From assembly GCF_009834535.1 (NCBI RefSeq), contig NC_045697.1, positions 49,974,001 through 50,038,000 of the forward strand: a DNA stretch of 64,000 nt, written 5' to 3'. Origin of the DNA: Camelus ferus. Lineage: Eukaryota. The notes beneath the pieces are model-generated. The model did no database searches. It was not told the DNA's origin and saw only the letters and a program-made list of their open reading frames with translations. The stretch's first letter is position 1. Each line of letters starts with the position of its first letter. Made by a program: the position numbers and the translations under genes. Of this stretch, positions 39,025 through 51,571 are shown piece by piece.

Positions 39025-39800
39025 AGTCATTCATTTACTTATTCATCAAATATTTATTGAGCACTACAATGAGCCAGACACTGCTAGCTGCTGGGAATTT
39101 ACCTGCGAGCCCAAACAGACAAGACCCTTTCCATCATGTACCGGAAAGAGCAGTGTAAGCCCTGAATAAAGAGCCACATGAGTAAATGTATAATCACACA
39201 CCGTGAAGAAGAGATACAACTGAATTGTGACAGTTTGTAACTGGGAAAACAGAGCTGGACTAGGGGCCCCAGCAGACACTTCCTGAACAGGTGATGTTTG
39301 AGCCCAGACCTGAGGAATGATTTAGCCAGGTGAAGTGATGTGCTGTGGGAAAGTTCCAGGTAGAAGCATCCAGATGAGGAAAGGCCCTGTGACAAGAGGG
39401 AGATCTGCAGGTGCGTGGAACTGACAGACAGCTGGTATGGGAGATGCAGAGAGGGAGGGCTGCGGGGCTGAGATGAAGCAGGCATGGCGGGCAGAGGCCC
39501 AACCCCGTGGGGCTCTGTGGGCTTGTGGATTTCATCCTAAGGGCAGCTGGGATGTTGTGGGGGGGGGGTGAGGTTATGAGTGTCCTGATCAGATTTATGT
39601 TTAATCATCATTCTGGCTACTGTGTGGAGCACTGGCAAGATGAGGAGACTGGTACAGGGGAGGATGTGAAGGGGCCAGATAGGAGGCTGTTACAGTGGGA
39701 TTGTGGGAGCTTTGACATGAGAGTGAGAATGAAGAGAAGTGGATGAATCTGGGAGCTACTAAAGATTCAAATCAACAGTACTCGGTGATGGAAAGAACAC
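39025..39800 (-). mobile_element. L2 LINE fragment
   Basis: ttcatttacttattcatcaaatatttattgagcactac is the antisense L2 terminus, followed by typical internal motifs. Confidence 0.75.
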
Positions 39801-40231
39801 AGTGAGTGAAGGAGGACTGAACTAGAGGATGTTGGCACCATTCACTGTTGGAGGCCAGGCCTGGGCACATACAATGATTTAATATTTGCAAAACTGAGCT
39901 GAAGATAGATGCAATACATTTTAGGATCATTGCTTCCTGATATATTCTGGGCAATTTGAAAGAATCTGATCTGTAAATGTTTAACATTCTTTTACTTTTT
40001 CTTTGTTGTTGTTGTTAAATCATCATTTCCCCCTTTACTATATTAAATACCTCATCTAAATATAATGGTCATTAACTCACCACAATACATTTTTTTACTC
40101 CTCAAATTTTTCTATGTATATTTAAAAAATCATTCCTCTCCTTTTGTAAGAGTTAATTCATTTTTCAAATCTGTATTCATCCTAAGAGTTAGTCTGGAGT
40201 AAGGAGGTGTACAGCTCAAAGTCCCTCGCAG

Positions 40232-40533
40232 CAGGAGAGAGATAAATTAGGAATTTGAGATTGACAGATACACACTACTACATATAAAATAGATAACGAG
40301 GACCTATGGTATAGCACAGGGAACTATATTCAATTTCTTGTAATAACCTGTAACAGAAAAGAATCTGAAAATATGTGTGTATGTGTGTGTGTGTGTGTGT
40401 ATATATGCATAACCGAGTTTCTTTGCTGTACACCTGAAACTGACATTGTAAAACAGCTACACTTCAATAAAAAATAAAATTAAAAAAATAAAAATGGAAA
40501 TAATAAAAAATAGCAAAAAAAAAAAAAAGAAAG
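40232..40533 (+). mobile_element. L1 3'-end fragment with long A-rich tail and degraded TSD
   Basis: TSD aaagtccctcgcag (40218-40231) and aaagtccttagcag (40534-40547), 12/14 identical. Contains tatagcacagggaactatattcaa and ctttgctgtacacctgaaac. Confidence 0.88.
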
Positions 40534-42309
40534 AAAGTCCTTAGCAGGTATGCACACAGAGAAGGGTAGATATCTGTGTCCCTTCTTTCAGGGTGTTTTT
40601 ATCGCAGTTCATACTGAATAACTATGGAGTCAGACTAGCAATTTGAAGTTCAAGGGTCTTCATAAACTGTCACAATGATGAGTCCTTTTTTTTTGTTAAT
40701 GGCAAGTGTAGGACAGCATAAGACCAGTGGCCACTTGGATTTTAAAAAGAGAACAAAAGAGGATATCTCCTCTGCAGCAGGCAGAGTGACTGTAACTCTA
40801 AAGTTTGCACACACAAGAGTGGGGGCAGTTGAGTATAATTTGGCGTGCAATATTGAGTAATCCCTCCAGCATTTGGACAGCGCCATTCAATTAGGTTCCC
40901 GGAGCCACAAGCATACCGTAGTCACAGTTTCCACCCTGAAGAGCTCTGATTTAATAACATAAGATGACCCATATATAACACATCATGCCTCTCTCTCTTT
41001 CTCTCGCTTCCTTTAAAAGCAAAACAAAAATGGAAAAATGAAAATGAAAACTCGTTCCTTCCGCACAGCCGCCTTTGGCCGGCTGCTGCTGCCACCTGCT
41101 TCTTCTCTCGGGCGGCCCCACCCCCAGGCCCTGCGGGCAGCACCATGCGTTTGATAACATCCCATATGCGGCTCTCTCCACAGCAGTTTTGGAGGGCACA
41201 GGTCCTCCTCAACTTTTCATTTCTATGAATGCAGGGTGAATGGATGTGGCAGGAGAAATCCTTGGCTTAGGGGCACTCAGGCAAACTAAATTTGAATCCT
41301 GGCCTGGTCCCTCCTGAGGGAACTTAAGTCGCTTAACCTCCCTGAGCCTGTTTCACCCGTCACCTGTAGAACAGATACCGTCCGGCTCACCTCACTGGAA
41401 TGTTCTGAAGATTAGATGAGGGTTCACCTGTGTCAGTCACTAGCCCAGTTCTTGGATCAGATATATTCTCAGTAAGTCTCATAAGAATATGAGTCTCATT
41501 TCTTCTGCCTAGGATACTTCTAATAAACAATTTTCATGGTAAGACAAGCCAAATAAAAGCCCCTGAAAGACTGCCTCTCTTGTATTCAGTTTACAGTGAA
41601 GAGCTTGTAAAGTCAGAGTAGTGAAATGACAAGATCTGTCAGTGACAATGGCAAACCAGAAGCCAGGTATAAACTGATCTATGTGTTTCCAGTCCTGAAC
41701 TCCCTGCAATTTACACACACATATTCCTACCAGTTGAACACTCAAAATATAATTCTCGACATTTTCTTCCCCTGATAAAAAGCCTTTGGTGGCTATTAGT
41801 GGCTTGTCAGGGAAAGTAAATTTTCTCATCATGCTACTCAGGGTCCTCTAACACTTGTCCTGAAGTCTTCCTTCCTGTTTCTTCTTCAGTCTCCTCTTCC
41901 ACACATCCTGGGATCCACCAAACTAGACTACTTGCCATGCTGTGCATGTGTGGCACTGTAAACTCCAGGAGGGAGGCCTCACCAGGTACTTGACTCACAG
42001 TGAAAGCCAAATAAAAGTTCATTAAGATGGTGGACATTCTTCATTATGATAAATACAATAAAAATAATAATAGCAATCACAACAGCAAAATAATGATAAT
42101 GATGCTGATGATAGCAGTAAGTAATAGTAAAATAACAAGCACAGGCATAATTGAGCCATTACTCAGTGGCCACTATCTTGTACATTTCCTAGTCCAACTA
42201 AACCTTATAATAATCCCATCATTTGGGTACTACCCTTATCCCATTTTATTGATGCAACTACCAAGGAACAGAGAAATTAAATAACTTCCCTGGTATTGGA
42301 TGACTGACC

Positions 42310-43590
42310 CTTCATTCATTTATTCAACAAACGTGATTGTGGGTCTGACATGTGTCAGCCTCTGTTCCAGGGTTGGGCATGTAACCTACATCTTCCTCTT
42401 TGTGAACAAGGTCCCTGGTTTCACAGAGCTAACAGTCCAGTGGCAGAAAACCAAATAAATGAGATACTGTCAGAAAGTGGTAAGCGATCAAAAGAAAAAT
42501 TAAACAGGGTAAAGAGGTCCATGGTGACAGGATTATAATTTCAGACAGGGGATGAGAAAAGGTTCCTGAGGAGACAGCTAAACAGTCTTTCCTGATGAGC
42601 CATTAAAGAGCTGGCAGGAGAATGTTTCACGCAGAGGCAATGCAAGTGCAAAGGCCCAGGGGCGAGGGTGTGTGTGGTATGTTCAAGAAGCGGTAAGATT
42701 GCCAGTGTGTTTGCAGGTGGAAGTGGAAGCAGGTGAGGGCAGAGAGGCAGGGCAGGTTCAGTGTGCGAGCACAGCAGGCAGGACACAGACCCCGGCTTTT
42801 GTTGATTCAGAAGGGAAAACAAATGGAGTGTTAGAGCCAAAGAGGGACGGACTCTGTCCTGGGTTTTGAAAAGGGTTTCTCCAGTGAGGGCATGGTGAGT
42901 AGTGAGATCAGTCACAGGAATATTCAAGTCCTACCTATGAGAGATGACAGACGGGCGAGAGGAAATTGGGTTCTGCAGGACCAGATGTGGAGTATGTGAG
43001 AGAGAAAAGAGTCTGGGATTAGTCCATGGATTTTGGCCTGAGGAATCAAAAGAGGGAGGAGGGGACTGAGGGGTGAGGAAATCAGTAATTCATCTGACCT
43101 ATATTACCTCTGAGATGCCCAAGAGCCGCCCAAGTGGAGGATATGAGTTAGTTGACAGCTGGGTGTTGACACGTCTTTAGTTCAGTGAAACAATACAGGG
43201 ATAGAATTTTACATCCAGGAGTTATCAGCACGGGGATGGTATTTTAAGTCATGAGACAGGATGAGATCATCTCAGCAGTGAGTGAGGAGGGAAGAGCAGA
43301 GCATGCGTGTGGCTGGGGGGAGGAGATGGCAGTATTGAGCCTGGGGTGCTCCACTGTAGGAAGGTGAGGGGGTGAATTAAGGCGACAGACTGAGATGGAG
43401 CAGTCAGCCAGGTAGGTGGTGAAACAAGAGAGGGGTGTCCTATGGCCAAGTGGAGACAGTGCTTCAAAGATGAGGGCAGTGACCATCAGTGTCAAATGCT
43501 GCTGATAGGTGGGGCTTTGCCAGGACTAAGACTTAACCCCCAGAGCTGGCAGTGTGGAGGGCACAGGATACCTTGACTCAAGCAGTTTTT
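42310..43590 (-). mobile_element. L2 LINE fragment (~1.3 kb)
   Basis: ttcattcatttattcaacaaac terminus, gcaagtgcaaaggcccag, atggtattttaagtcatgagac, tgtcaaatgctgctgatagg. Confidence 0.8.
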
Positions 43591-44249
43591 GTGCATGCAG
43601 CTGCTGGCTGAATTCTGAATCCAGGCATGTGCAGCTCACAAGTGCCTGAATCTCCCCCGAATTCTCCTGGGGTCCTAGCTCTCCCCACCTCTTACAGCTC
43701 AGATCATGTGCTCCCTCCCTCCATCACAGACCCTGCCCTCACCCCACCAGTCAAATTTAACTCCCATAGCGTTTGCCTCTTTTTAGAATCATTCATTGGT
43801 GACTATGTCTGGATACTGTTCAGTGGATGAGTCCTTGGATTCATAGAAATATGCTATGTGAATTCATACAGAATAAGACAAAACGCTAAACAAAAATGTA
43901 GTGTTATTACTGCCACTCTTGAGGCAGCACAAGAATCTTCAAACAGAAACATCCCCAAACAGTCATCTGTGAGCACAGCATCACGGGGCGCTGCTCAGCC
44001 TGCTGGGCTGATGGAGAAGCGGAGGAGCAGTGCTGCTGATCCGAGAAGTGGTTGTGAGGATTGTGGTTTTAAGGATCTGGGCTCTGCCACTGGGTGGTTT
44101 GACCTTGGGTGAGGCACTCCACACTTCTGGGACACGATTTCTCCACCGTTGAAATGAATGGATTGCATCACATCTGCTCAAAGATCCTACCACCCACTTT
44201 CGTTCAGTCTCAGATCAGAAACTAAGGAATGGTGTTAAGAGTTACTAAA

Positions 44250-44575
44250 AAAATGATACAAATTCTATTTACAGACCAAAAACAGACGCAAGGACATGGA
44301 AAACAAACTATGGTTACTAAAGGGGGAAGGGTGGGGCGGTACAAATTAGGGGTTGGGGATTAAAAGACACACATTACTATATATCAAATAGATAAACAGG
44401 GAACTATTGTATAGCACAGGGAACTATATTCAATTTCTTGTAATAACATTTAATGGAAAAGAACCTGAAAAGAAAAAAAAATATATGTATATATATGTAT
44501 AACTGAATCACTTTGCTGTACACCTGAAACTAACATTGTAAATCCACTACACTTCAAAAAAATTTTTTTAAAAAA
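44250..44575 (+). mobile_element. L1 3'-end fragment, same family as 40232-40533
   Basis: aaacaaactatggttactaaagggg...tatagcacagggaactatattcaatttcttgtaataac...tgaatcactttgctgtacacctgaaactaacattgtaaa. Confidence 0.88.
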
Positions 44576-45475
44576 GCATTACTTAAGAAAGTGCCCTTTC
44601 TTTTTATTTTAACTATAAAATTTCAGAGGACAGATCTTGTACTTATTAGTTCTTTGCATCAAGCACAGGGTCCTGGTTGATGCATGATAAATATTTTCCG
44701 ATTTAATAGGTCATAGGGGATAAACCCTCTTGGGTCTATGATATGTACACTGGCCATGCTCAGGGATCTCCCTCTAACCTGCCACACCTTCCTCTCGAGT
44801 CATTCAATCACTCCTTTGTCCATTTACTCTGGATTTCCTACCGGGGGCCATATTCCCTAGGACTATAACGCTCTGGTTAATGACCCAGCTCTGTCACTAA
44901 TTTTGTCTCTTAGCCCTGCTAGCTTTGAGTTGAGGAAATCAAGATACATGGTCTAAAACACAAGCTGGCATATTAGAACAGGACTGTCTTGGATGATCTA
45001 GCCCATGAAACTGAGACTGGGACTTGAAGAAAGCAGTAGGTTGTGTCAGATGAGGGAGGTTAGCTAAGAATTTGTGCTTGGTACTGCTATCATGTCCATG
45101 GTATCCCGGAAGGCAGTAAAGTGAAGAAAGGGAGACTGGTTAGAAAACTGAAGACATGGTACCATGCAGGTGGCAGTGAGGTCTGAATTAGGAAAGAGAG
45201 GAGATGGGGCCACTGCCCACAAACCTGTTCTTGGATGGCACCTTTGTTAGGGACAGTCCTTGGGACACTGAGTCAACACTCAGTCTGATCCAAGTACCTA
45301 GTCTTTAATGGAGATGTTTCCTGCCAGCTGGGAGCATGGAAAATATCAGACAGAAAGTGGTGGAAAGCAGAGACAGGAAGTACACTTCTAAATGCCACGT
45401 GATAAGTGCAGGCTGGAAGTGCAAACAGGGCACTAAGGAGGATGGGGCTGCACAGAGGAAGCTATTATTGAACTG

Positions 45476-45895
45476 CGCATGTCAGATTCTCTCCTTTTGA
45501 CCCTCCAGGTCCAATTCCCACCTTTCTCCACTCTGCTCTCCAGGAAGTTGACCTGTATGGACCACAGTGGGGTTCCTTGTCCTTGGCTTACCGAGTTGCA
45601 CATCAGTGGTGGGGGGATGGAGGGCAGAGTACTGATTCCCGTCACCCCAGAGGCTAACCTTGGGTTAGCTGTGTCCGTCGCCCAAGAGTCACTGCTCCTC
45701 CTAAGGTGGTCTTTTCTGCAAGAGTCTCCTCTTAGGTTCTGGTTTCTGGTCTCTCCCTTGAGGCCTGACTCGTGACAGCTCTGCAGTTATGATCCCCCGT
45801 GGTTTTCTCACATCCCAGCTGTACCTTTGTAATTCTTTCCTTTACCCCAGTTTGATTGTATCTCTCTTTCTTGTTGGGACTCTTACTGATATATA
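45476..45895. mobile_element. LTR33-like ERVL LTR remnant
   Basis: ctttctccactctgctctc...gttgacctgtatggac...ccttgtccttggctt resembles LTR33. Assignment from memory. Confidence 0.55.
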
Positions 45896-46559
45896 CTGGG
45901 CCTTTGAAATAAAAAATTGCAATTCTTTGGGACTTTGCCCCTAGCAAACTGTGAGCTCTTCCGTGAGAATTATGTCTTGTTTATCTTAAGTGCTCTCCCT
46001 CTCTCCTTCCACGTCTACCAGGGTTTCCATTCACAGTGCTTGTCTAGCAATGGTTAAAAGATGTTCATTTCTCCTCAGTCACAGCATTTCTTTGACCTCA
46101 GCTGGTCATGTGTGGCTCTGTCCCAAATATTCTCCTCGGAGTCCATGCCCCTGGCAGGACTACTCAGGGAAGGAACGGTCTAAAGTTCCATTTTCCCCTC
46201 CCCTTTCTGACTGATATCACCTTACTGTTTCTTAATCAAGAGGGCAAATGTTCCCACTAAGGCCTTTTCCTGCCCAGTGCCCTAAAATTTAAAGTCTTCA
46301 CGTCAATGTCAGATGCAAGTGACCTCAGAAAAGACCCTAAATCTCTCTCCATCGTAATTTCCAAGATTGCAAATTCAAGATAAAAATAATACCATCTTCA
46401 GAGGGTTCCTGGGAGAATAAAAACAAATGTGACGTTCCATAAGATTGATTGTCTTTCCCACGTATCAGTGACTCTAAAGAATAAGCACATTCTCTCCAAC
46501 CCCCCACCCTACTTTTTTGCCTGAGGTAAACACTTCGTCAATACATTGAGCAAAGTCAT

Positions 46560-46790
46560 AATAACAACTGACATTTCCTGAGTACTCACTCCCTGCCAGG
46601 GACTGTTCTTAGCACTTTATATGTCATTTCATTTAATCCCCACAAGAACCATGTACAATAGAGCCTATTTTATGCTCATTTTACAGATGAGGAAAAAATA
46701 AGGGTACACAGGGATGAAGTAATTTGCCCAAAGTCAGGAGCCAGAGTTGAAACCTAGGAAGCTCAACCCAGAGCCGTGCTGTTCATCCCT
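46560..46790 (-). mobile_element. MIR SINE
   Basis: catttcctgagtactcac...tcatttaatcccca...cattttacagatgaggaaa...aagtaatttgcccaaagtc. Confidence 0.85.
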
Positions 46791-47061
46791 TCGCTTACTC
46801 AGCTTCATTCATTTACACTCCCTGTGACCTACGCAAAGACAAACCGTAAAGATTGGCTGCAATTAATTAATTATCTTGGGGAAATTATTAAGAGACTGAA
46901 AATTTGTGAAGTTTGCTCTCTTGGACATTCTTGTGCATTATAATTCAGCACAGGTGTTGCACTCCAAAATTCAAATCTAACCCATTGTGTTTGGTTAACT
47001 GAACGGTACTCATAGCATCTTAGTGGCGTCAAGGATACCGATGTTCTAGACACAGACTCAC

Positions 47062-47763
47062 CTGAGCTTAGCGCATGCTCCACTTCCTGCATGATCACCC
47101 TGGGGGAGGCGGTGGTGGTCTCGATGTCTATCAGCACACAGGTCACTTTGGCTGGCACAGTTGCTTGGGGTGTCGTCTCCGTGAGCACCAGTTCAGCTGA
47201 GGCATGTGAAGTAGGTGTGTGGCTAGAGCTGTGCTCCTCCGCTGGGGACTCTGGGGTGGTTGGGGCTCCGATGAACTTGGTGCTGGTCTCAGTCGAGGTC
47301 TGATTGGTGCTGACGGACGCAGAAGGAACCTCTGGCAGTGAGGTTGATGGGGGTGAGGGTGATGAGGCTGGTGCTTGAGGGGAGGTGAGTGCGGGAGACT
47401 CAGTGGGGGGCTGTGACCCTGTAGCTGGCACCCTGGCCTCAGGAAAGTCCGAGCTGTGTTCCTCAGGCGTCGGGGTTGAGTGGGCTCCACTGCTTGTTGG
47501 TGAGGGGTCTGTGTTTGTGCCTTCCCAACTGGAGGCTGGACTGGTGGGCTCCTCTTCTCTGGGCTCTATGGAAACGTTCTTGGTGGGTGGAGATGTCTGG
47601 GCTGATGCTGTAACCGGGAGGACTGAGTTGCTGGGCGTGTCACTGGCTGGGGACGCAGGAGGACTTTGTGGAGAGCTGGTCCAGACTGTTGTCAGTGGAG
47701 TGATGCTTGCAGGAAGAGAAACAGGTGAGAGGGCAGATGCAGACACGCTCTGTACTGTCAATC
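47062..47763 (-). CDS. PARM1: PARM1 exon 2 (702 nt), end of signal peptide plus mucin-like ectodomain
   Basis: Acceptor ctcttccacag|GA and donor TCAG|gtgagt, phase 1/1. Translation [17 protein letters not shown]...[10 protein letters not shown]...EGTNTDPSP...[29 protein letters not shown] lies inside ORF 46871..47815. Confidence 0.96.
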
Positions 47764-48189
47764 CTGTGGAAGAGCCAGTACAAACGTGGTCAATGTTTGA
47801 AAACCTGCACGGCAAGGCTGTTTTATAGCAGTTCCACAGGTTTTTTTCATTTTACACCGTGCCTCTGCAATTGTGAAGGTGATTTTGAAACTCCCCCCAC
47901 CCCCAATTGCTCTCTTCTCCCTTTGTGACTATGGGTAGGAACCAGAGTGAAGTCTCAGCAGGAGCAGTTATGGGTCAGTCAACGCAAATTCAGCCATTAC
48001 ATGGCGTGAACTAATCTTCTCTCCTGCTTACTTAAATCTGTGCTCTTAAAAACTGAGACACTCTGCAGAACTGACTTGATGAGAATTTCTCTGGATTGCT
48101 CTAGGGTCTGCTCCACAATGACTGGGGATGCCCAGCCTGTGTGCTGAGCATGGGGAAGGCGTGGTTGGTGAGCCCAAAGCTGGAGGACC

Positions 48190-48262
48190 TCACTGATTGG
48201 CTGGTCCTGTCAGAAAAGTTCACTGATTGATTGGTCCCTGTCAGAGGAACTCACTGATTGGG
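48190..48262. repeat. ~30-bp tandem repeat x2.4 carrying ATTGG (CCAAT) boxes and CTGTCA motifs
   Basis: Units start at 48190, 48220 and 48251, each beginning tcactgattg. Confidence 0.85.
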
Positions 48263-48699
48263 TGTTCCTTGCTTCCGGGTTTTGAGCCCTGCAACTACGC
48301 ACAGGGATGCAAAGGGTAATGGGTTTGCCCCAATGGGGTGAATAAAAGTGTGAGCACATTTCCTGTTGGGGAAAAAAGAGGGAGGTAACAGAATAAAAGC
48401 CTAGGGGAGGAAGGAATCTGAAGTTTGGAAATATTTTCTTAGACTAGAACCTAGTTCTCCCAAATTCTAGCCAAGGGTCTTTACCATCATGCCATTTTAG
48501 CAAATATTCTCTTTCATGTTTTGTAAGGCTTAGAGTTTCCTTTCTGAGTTTCCTTTCTTCTTTCCTCCCTACCTCCATTTGCCCATTCAGTTCCATTCAT
48601 TCATTCATTCATTCAAGTATTTAATAAATGGCTTCTAAGTACTAGTGGTCTCCTGGACACTAAATTTATGATTTCACTCTTCAGGGAACTCTTGATGCC

Positions 48700-50150
48700 T
48701 CCCCATATCTCTTCCCATTCCTCAACGGGCTTTCCTCCTACTCATTTCTATCTCAGTGGATGGCACTTCCTTTCCATTGGCTACTGAGTTCAAAATCCAG
48801 ACATCATCCTTAATGCGTCTCTTTCCCTCACCACTTCCCCACCCCAACTCCCATCAGCAAATCATGATGACTCTACCGTGAAAATATATCCAAATCCAAT
48901 CCCTCCTCACCACCTCCCTTATTATCTCAGCATCACCTGAGCCACCAGTCACTCGCCTGGACAATGCCACAGGCTCTTAGTTGGTCTTCTAGCACCCAGG
49001 TTTCCTCCCTTTCAGTCTACTTTTCACATAGCAGCCAGTATGATATTTTAAATTGGTAAATCAGATTAAGCAATCAAAACTCTCCAAAGATTGTACTTAG
49101 AATAAAATCTAAAACTCCTCCCCTATGTCATCATCCCATGTTCTCCTCATTTCCGTTGGTCTCTACTCAAATGTCACCTCCTCTGAGACTTCCTAGACAG
49201 TCCTAACTAAAATCATTCTTACTTCAACCCCTTGCTTATTTTTAAAAATTAAAAACATTGTATATATATATATATATACACATATATAAATGCTATATAT
49301 ATAACATTTTAACCATTTAAAGTGTACAGTTCCTTGGCATTTAAGTACATTCTCATTATTTTTCAACCATAAACACCATCCATTTTCAGAACTTTTTCAT
49401 CTCCTCAAACTGAAACTCTGTATCCATTAAACAATAACTCTCTATTCTTCCCTTCCATTCCTCTCTCCAGCCCCTGGAAACCACTATTCTACTTTCTATC
49501 TCCATGAATTTGACTGCTTTGGGTACCTCACGTAAGTAGAATCATACAATATTTGTCCTTTTGTGACTGCCTTATTTCACTTATTAGTACAATATATTCA
49601 AGTTTCATCCATATTACAGCACATGTCAGAATTTCCCTCCTTTTTAAAGCTGAATGACATTCTGTTACATGCATGCACCACATTTTCTTTATCCATCCAT
49701 TGATGGGCACTAGGGTTGCTTCCCTCTTTTGGCTATTGTGCAGTTCTGAATACGAGTGTACAAATACCTGTTTGAGACCATGGTTTCAATTCTTTCTGGG
49801 TACATACCTAACAGTGGAATTGTTGGCTCCTACAGTAATTCTGTTTAATTTTTTTGTGGAACCATCATAGGCTTTTCTCTTTTTTTTCACTTCTGTTTTT
49901 CATAAAATAAATAAAGTAAAGCAATTTCTTCCTGAAACTACATATTCTTTATTTGCTTATTATCTCTCTTCTCCCAGAGTATAAGCTCCATGCGGGTGCA
50001 GGGACCTGGTTGTATTCATTGCTGTTTCCTCCAAGTCTAGGACAGTGCTTAGGTCATTGTAATTGCTCAAAAAGTACTTGTGGAAAGAAGGAAGGAAGGA
50101 AAGAGGGAGAAAAGGAGGGAGATAAGAAAGGAGGGTGGAAAAATGAATTA
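48700..50150 (+). mobile_element. L2 LINE fragment interrupted by an L1
   Basis: atctcagtggatggcac...catcatcctt...cacatagcagccag...aaatgtcacctcctctgag, resuming at ~49930 with gagtataagctccatg...acagtgcttagg. Confidence 0.7.
49240..49870 (-). mobile_element. L1MB-type 3' fragment including the ORF2 C-terminus
   Basis: taaccatttaaagtgtacag...ttcagaactttttcatc...aactgaaactctgta. ORF 49528..49710 (WIKKMW...HSALKRREIL...LISEIRQSQKDKYCM) is a decayed ORF2 end. Confidence 0.88.
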
Positions 50151-51571
50151 ACTTAAGAATTTTATTAAAAAAAATACCCAGTATTTCTCTACTCCCTTTT
50201 ACATATCATATCGCTTAGTATGGCCACATCCATCAGAGCTGCCTCAAGGAGGGCTGCCTATCTGGTGTTGTCTGGGGGCAGGAATCTTGCTTAAAATGTC
50301 AACCTCTGTCCTTCTACATGTCCATGTACATGTGCCTGACGCGTTGTTAGGTCTTCAACTATTTAACCCTCCAAACTCTGGGGAAATTTTCTTGGGGGTA
50401 GCATATAGGTAACAGCCAAACATGATCTATATTCACAAGGAATAAAACATAGGCTAGATTTTAGCACAGAAGAAGGGAAAGCAGAGACATGCAAAGAAAT
50501 TCAGGCACTTGAGATTAAATCTGCTCACTTCTTCATTCATCTGCACAACAGATTCAGTAGCTGATGGGAAACTGTGCTACAGAGTCTAACCTGAAAATAC
50601 AGTTTTCTCAATATGAAACTGAATCTAACACTTGGATTGTTATCAAAACTACTGGCTTTATTTTATTTAAAAGGAGTTGGTGAAGACTGTAAACCACAGG
50701 AGGGATTCTCTCCTAGTAAACAGAGGGGCAGACCTCCCAAATTAAACCACATAATAGTCCATGTTTCTATGGTGGACTTTGGGCAGCTGTGAAGTGTCAA
50801 TAATTTCAGGATGAATACAGACCAAGGGATCTTTGAAATATGGACAAAATAACAGCTGGGACAAATATTATTAAAACACTGAATCTTCACATATGACCTT
50901 AGAGCTTACTGGCTCTGCATCCTCGTAGCTCCCATGACTCATTAAAGATTCCGAGGCCAAAGGGGGAAAAAATGACAATGTTTAACTACTGTTCATAGTA
51001 TCATATAATATATGGGCAGATGGAGGTAGAGAGAGCCTCAGTCTGGTAGCTGAATCAGTCTTTGGAAGCTTGGGATGAATGGGGAATGAGTCATATGCAA
51101 AGGAGCAGGACTTCATTCATTCATTCATTCAAGCTTTCACTGAGTAGTTTCTATGGCCATGGCCTTGCTCTTGGAGAGTTCACTATCTAGCAGGACAGAC
51201 AGGACATCCAACTTCCTGTAATATGATGTGATAAGTGCCTTGTGGAAGTAAATGCAAATTGGAACGGGAGCCCCAAGGAAAGATGAATATTCTGTATGGA
51301 GACCATGGAACGCAAAAATACACAAAAGTTATTTTCAAATGACATTTAGAAAAGTCACAGAAGAGATGACATTTGAGTTGGTTCTGAAAGGATGAGAACA
51401 CACAAGGTGTCATTAAAGTATATGATGTTCAGGGTGACACGTGTATTGTCATTTCCAGTGGAGCTAAAAGCTGTATTATGGAAATCACTATAGTGCTGAA
51501 AATGACATGCTCCAGGAATTGGTTTTGTTGCTGGAGAAGTTCATGTTCTTGTTTTACTCTGATTAATATAC

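Larger units (their letters stand above)
9345..47763 (-). other. PARM1: PARM1 gene, partial (exons 2-4 and 3'UTR; exon 1 not in window)
   Basis: Three exons splice in frame at canonical AG/GT sites into a mucin ectodomain, TM helix and tail matching my recollection of mammalian PARM1. Intron 2 is 24831-47061 and intron 3 is 13260-24751. Confidence 0.96.

Noticed and set aside
46871..47815. 314-aa ORF as a single-exon gene
   Set aside because: It starts at TTG, and both ends run past canonical splice sites. Only 47062-47763 is PARM1 exon 2.
47091..47828. Plus-strand ORFs of 70 and 147 aa and a minus-strand 115-aa ORF
   Set aside because: Antisense or alternate-frame by-products of the GC-rich mucin exon.
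48190..48262. CRISPR-like repeat array
   Set aside because: Mammalian context, only ~2.4 units, no unique spacers and no cas genes.
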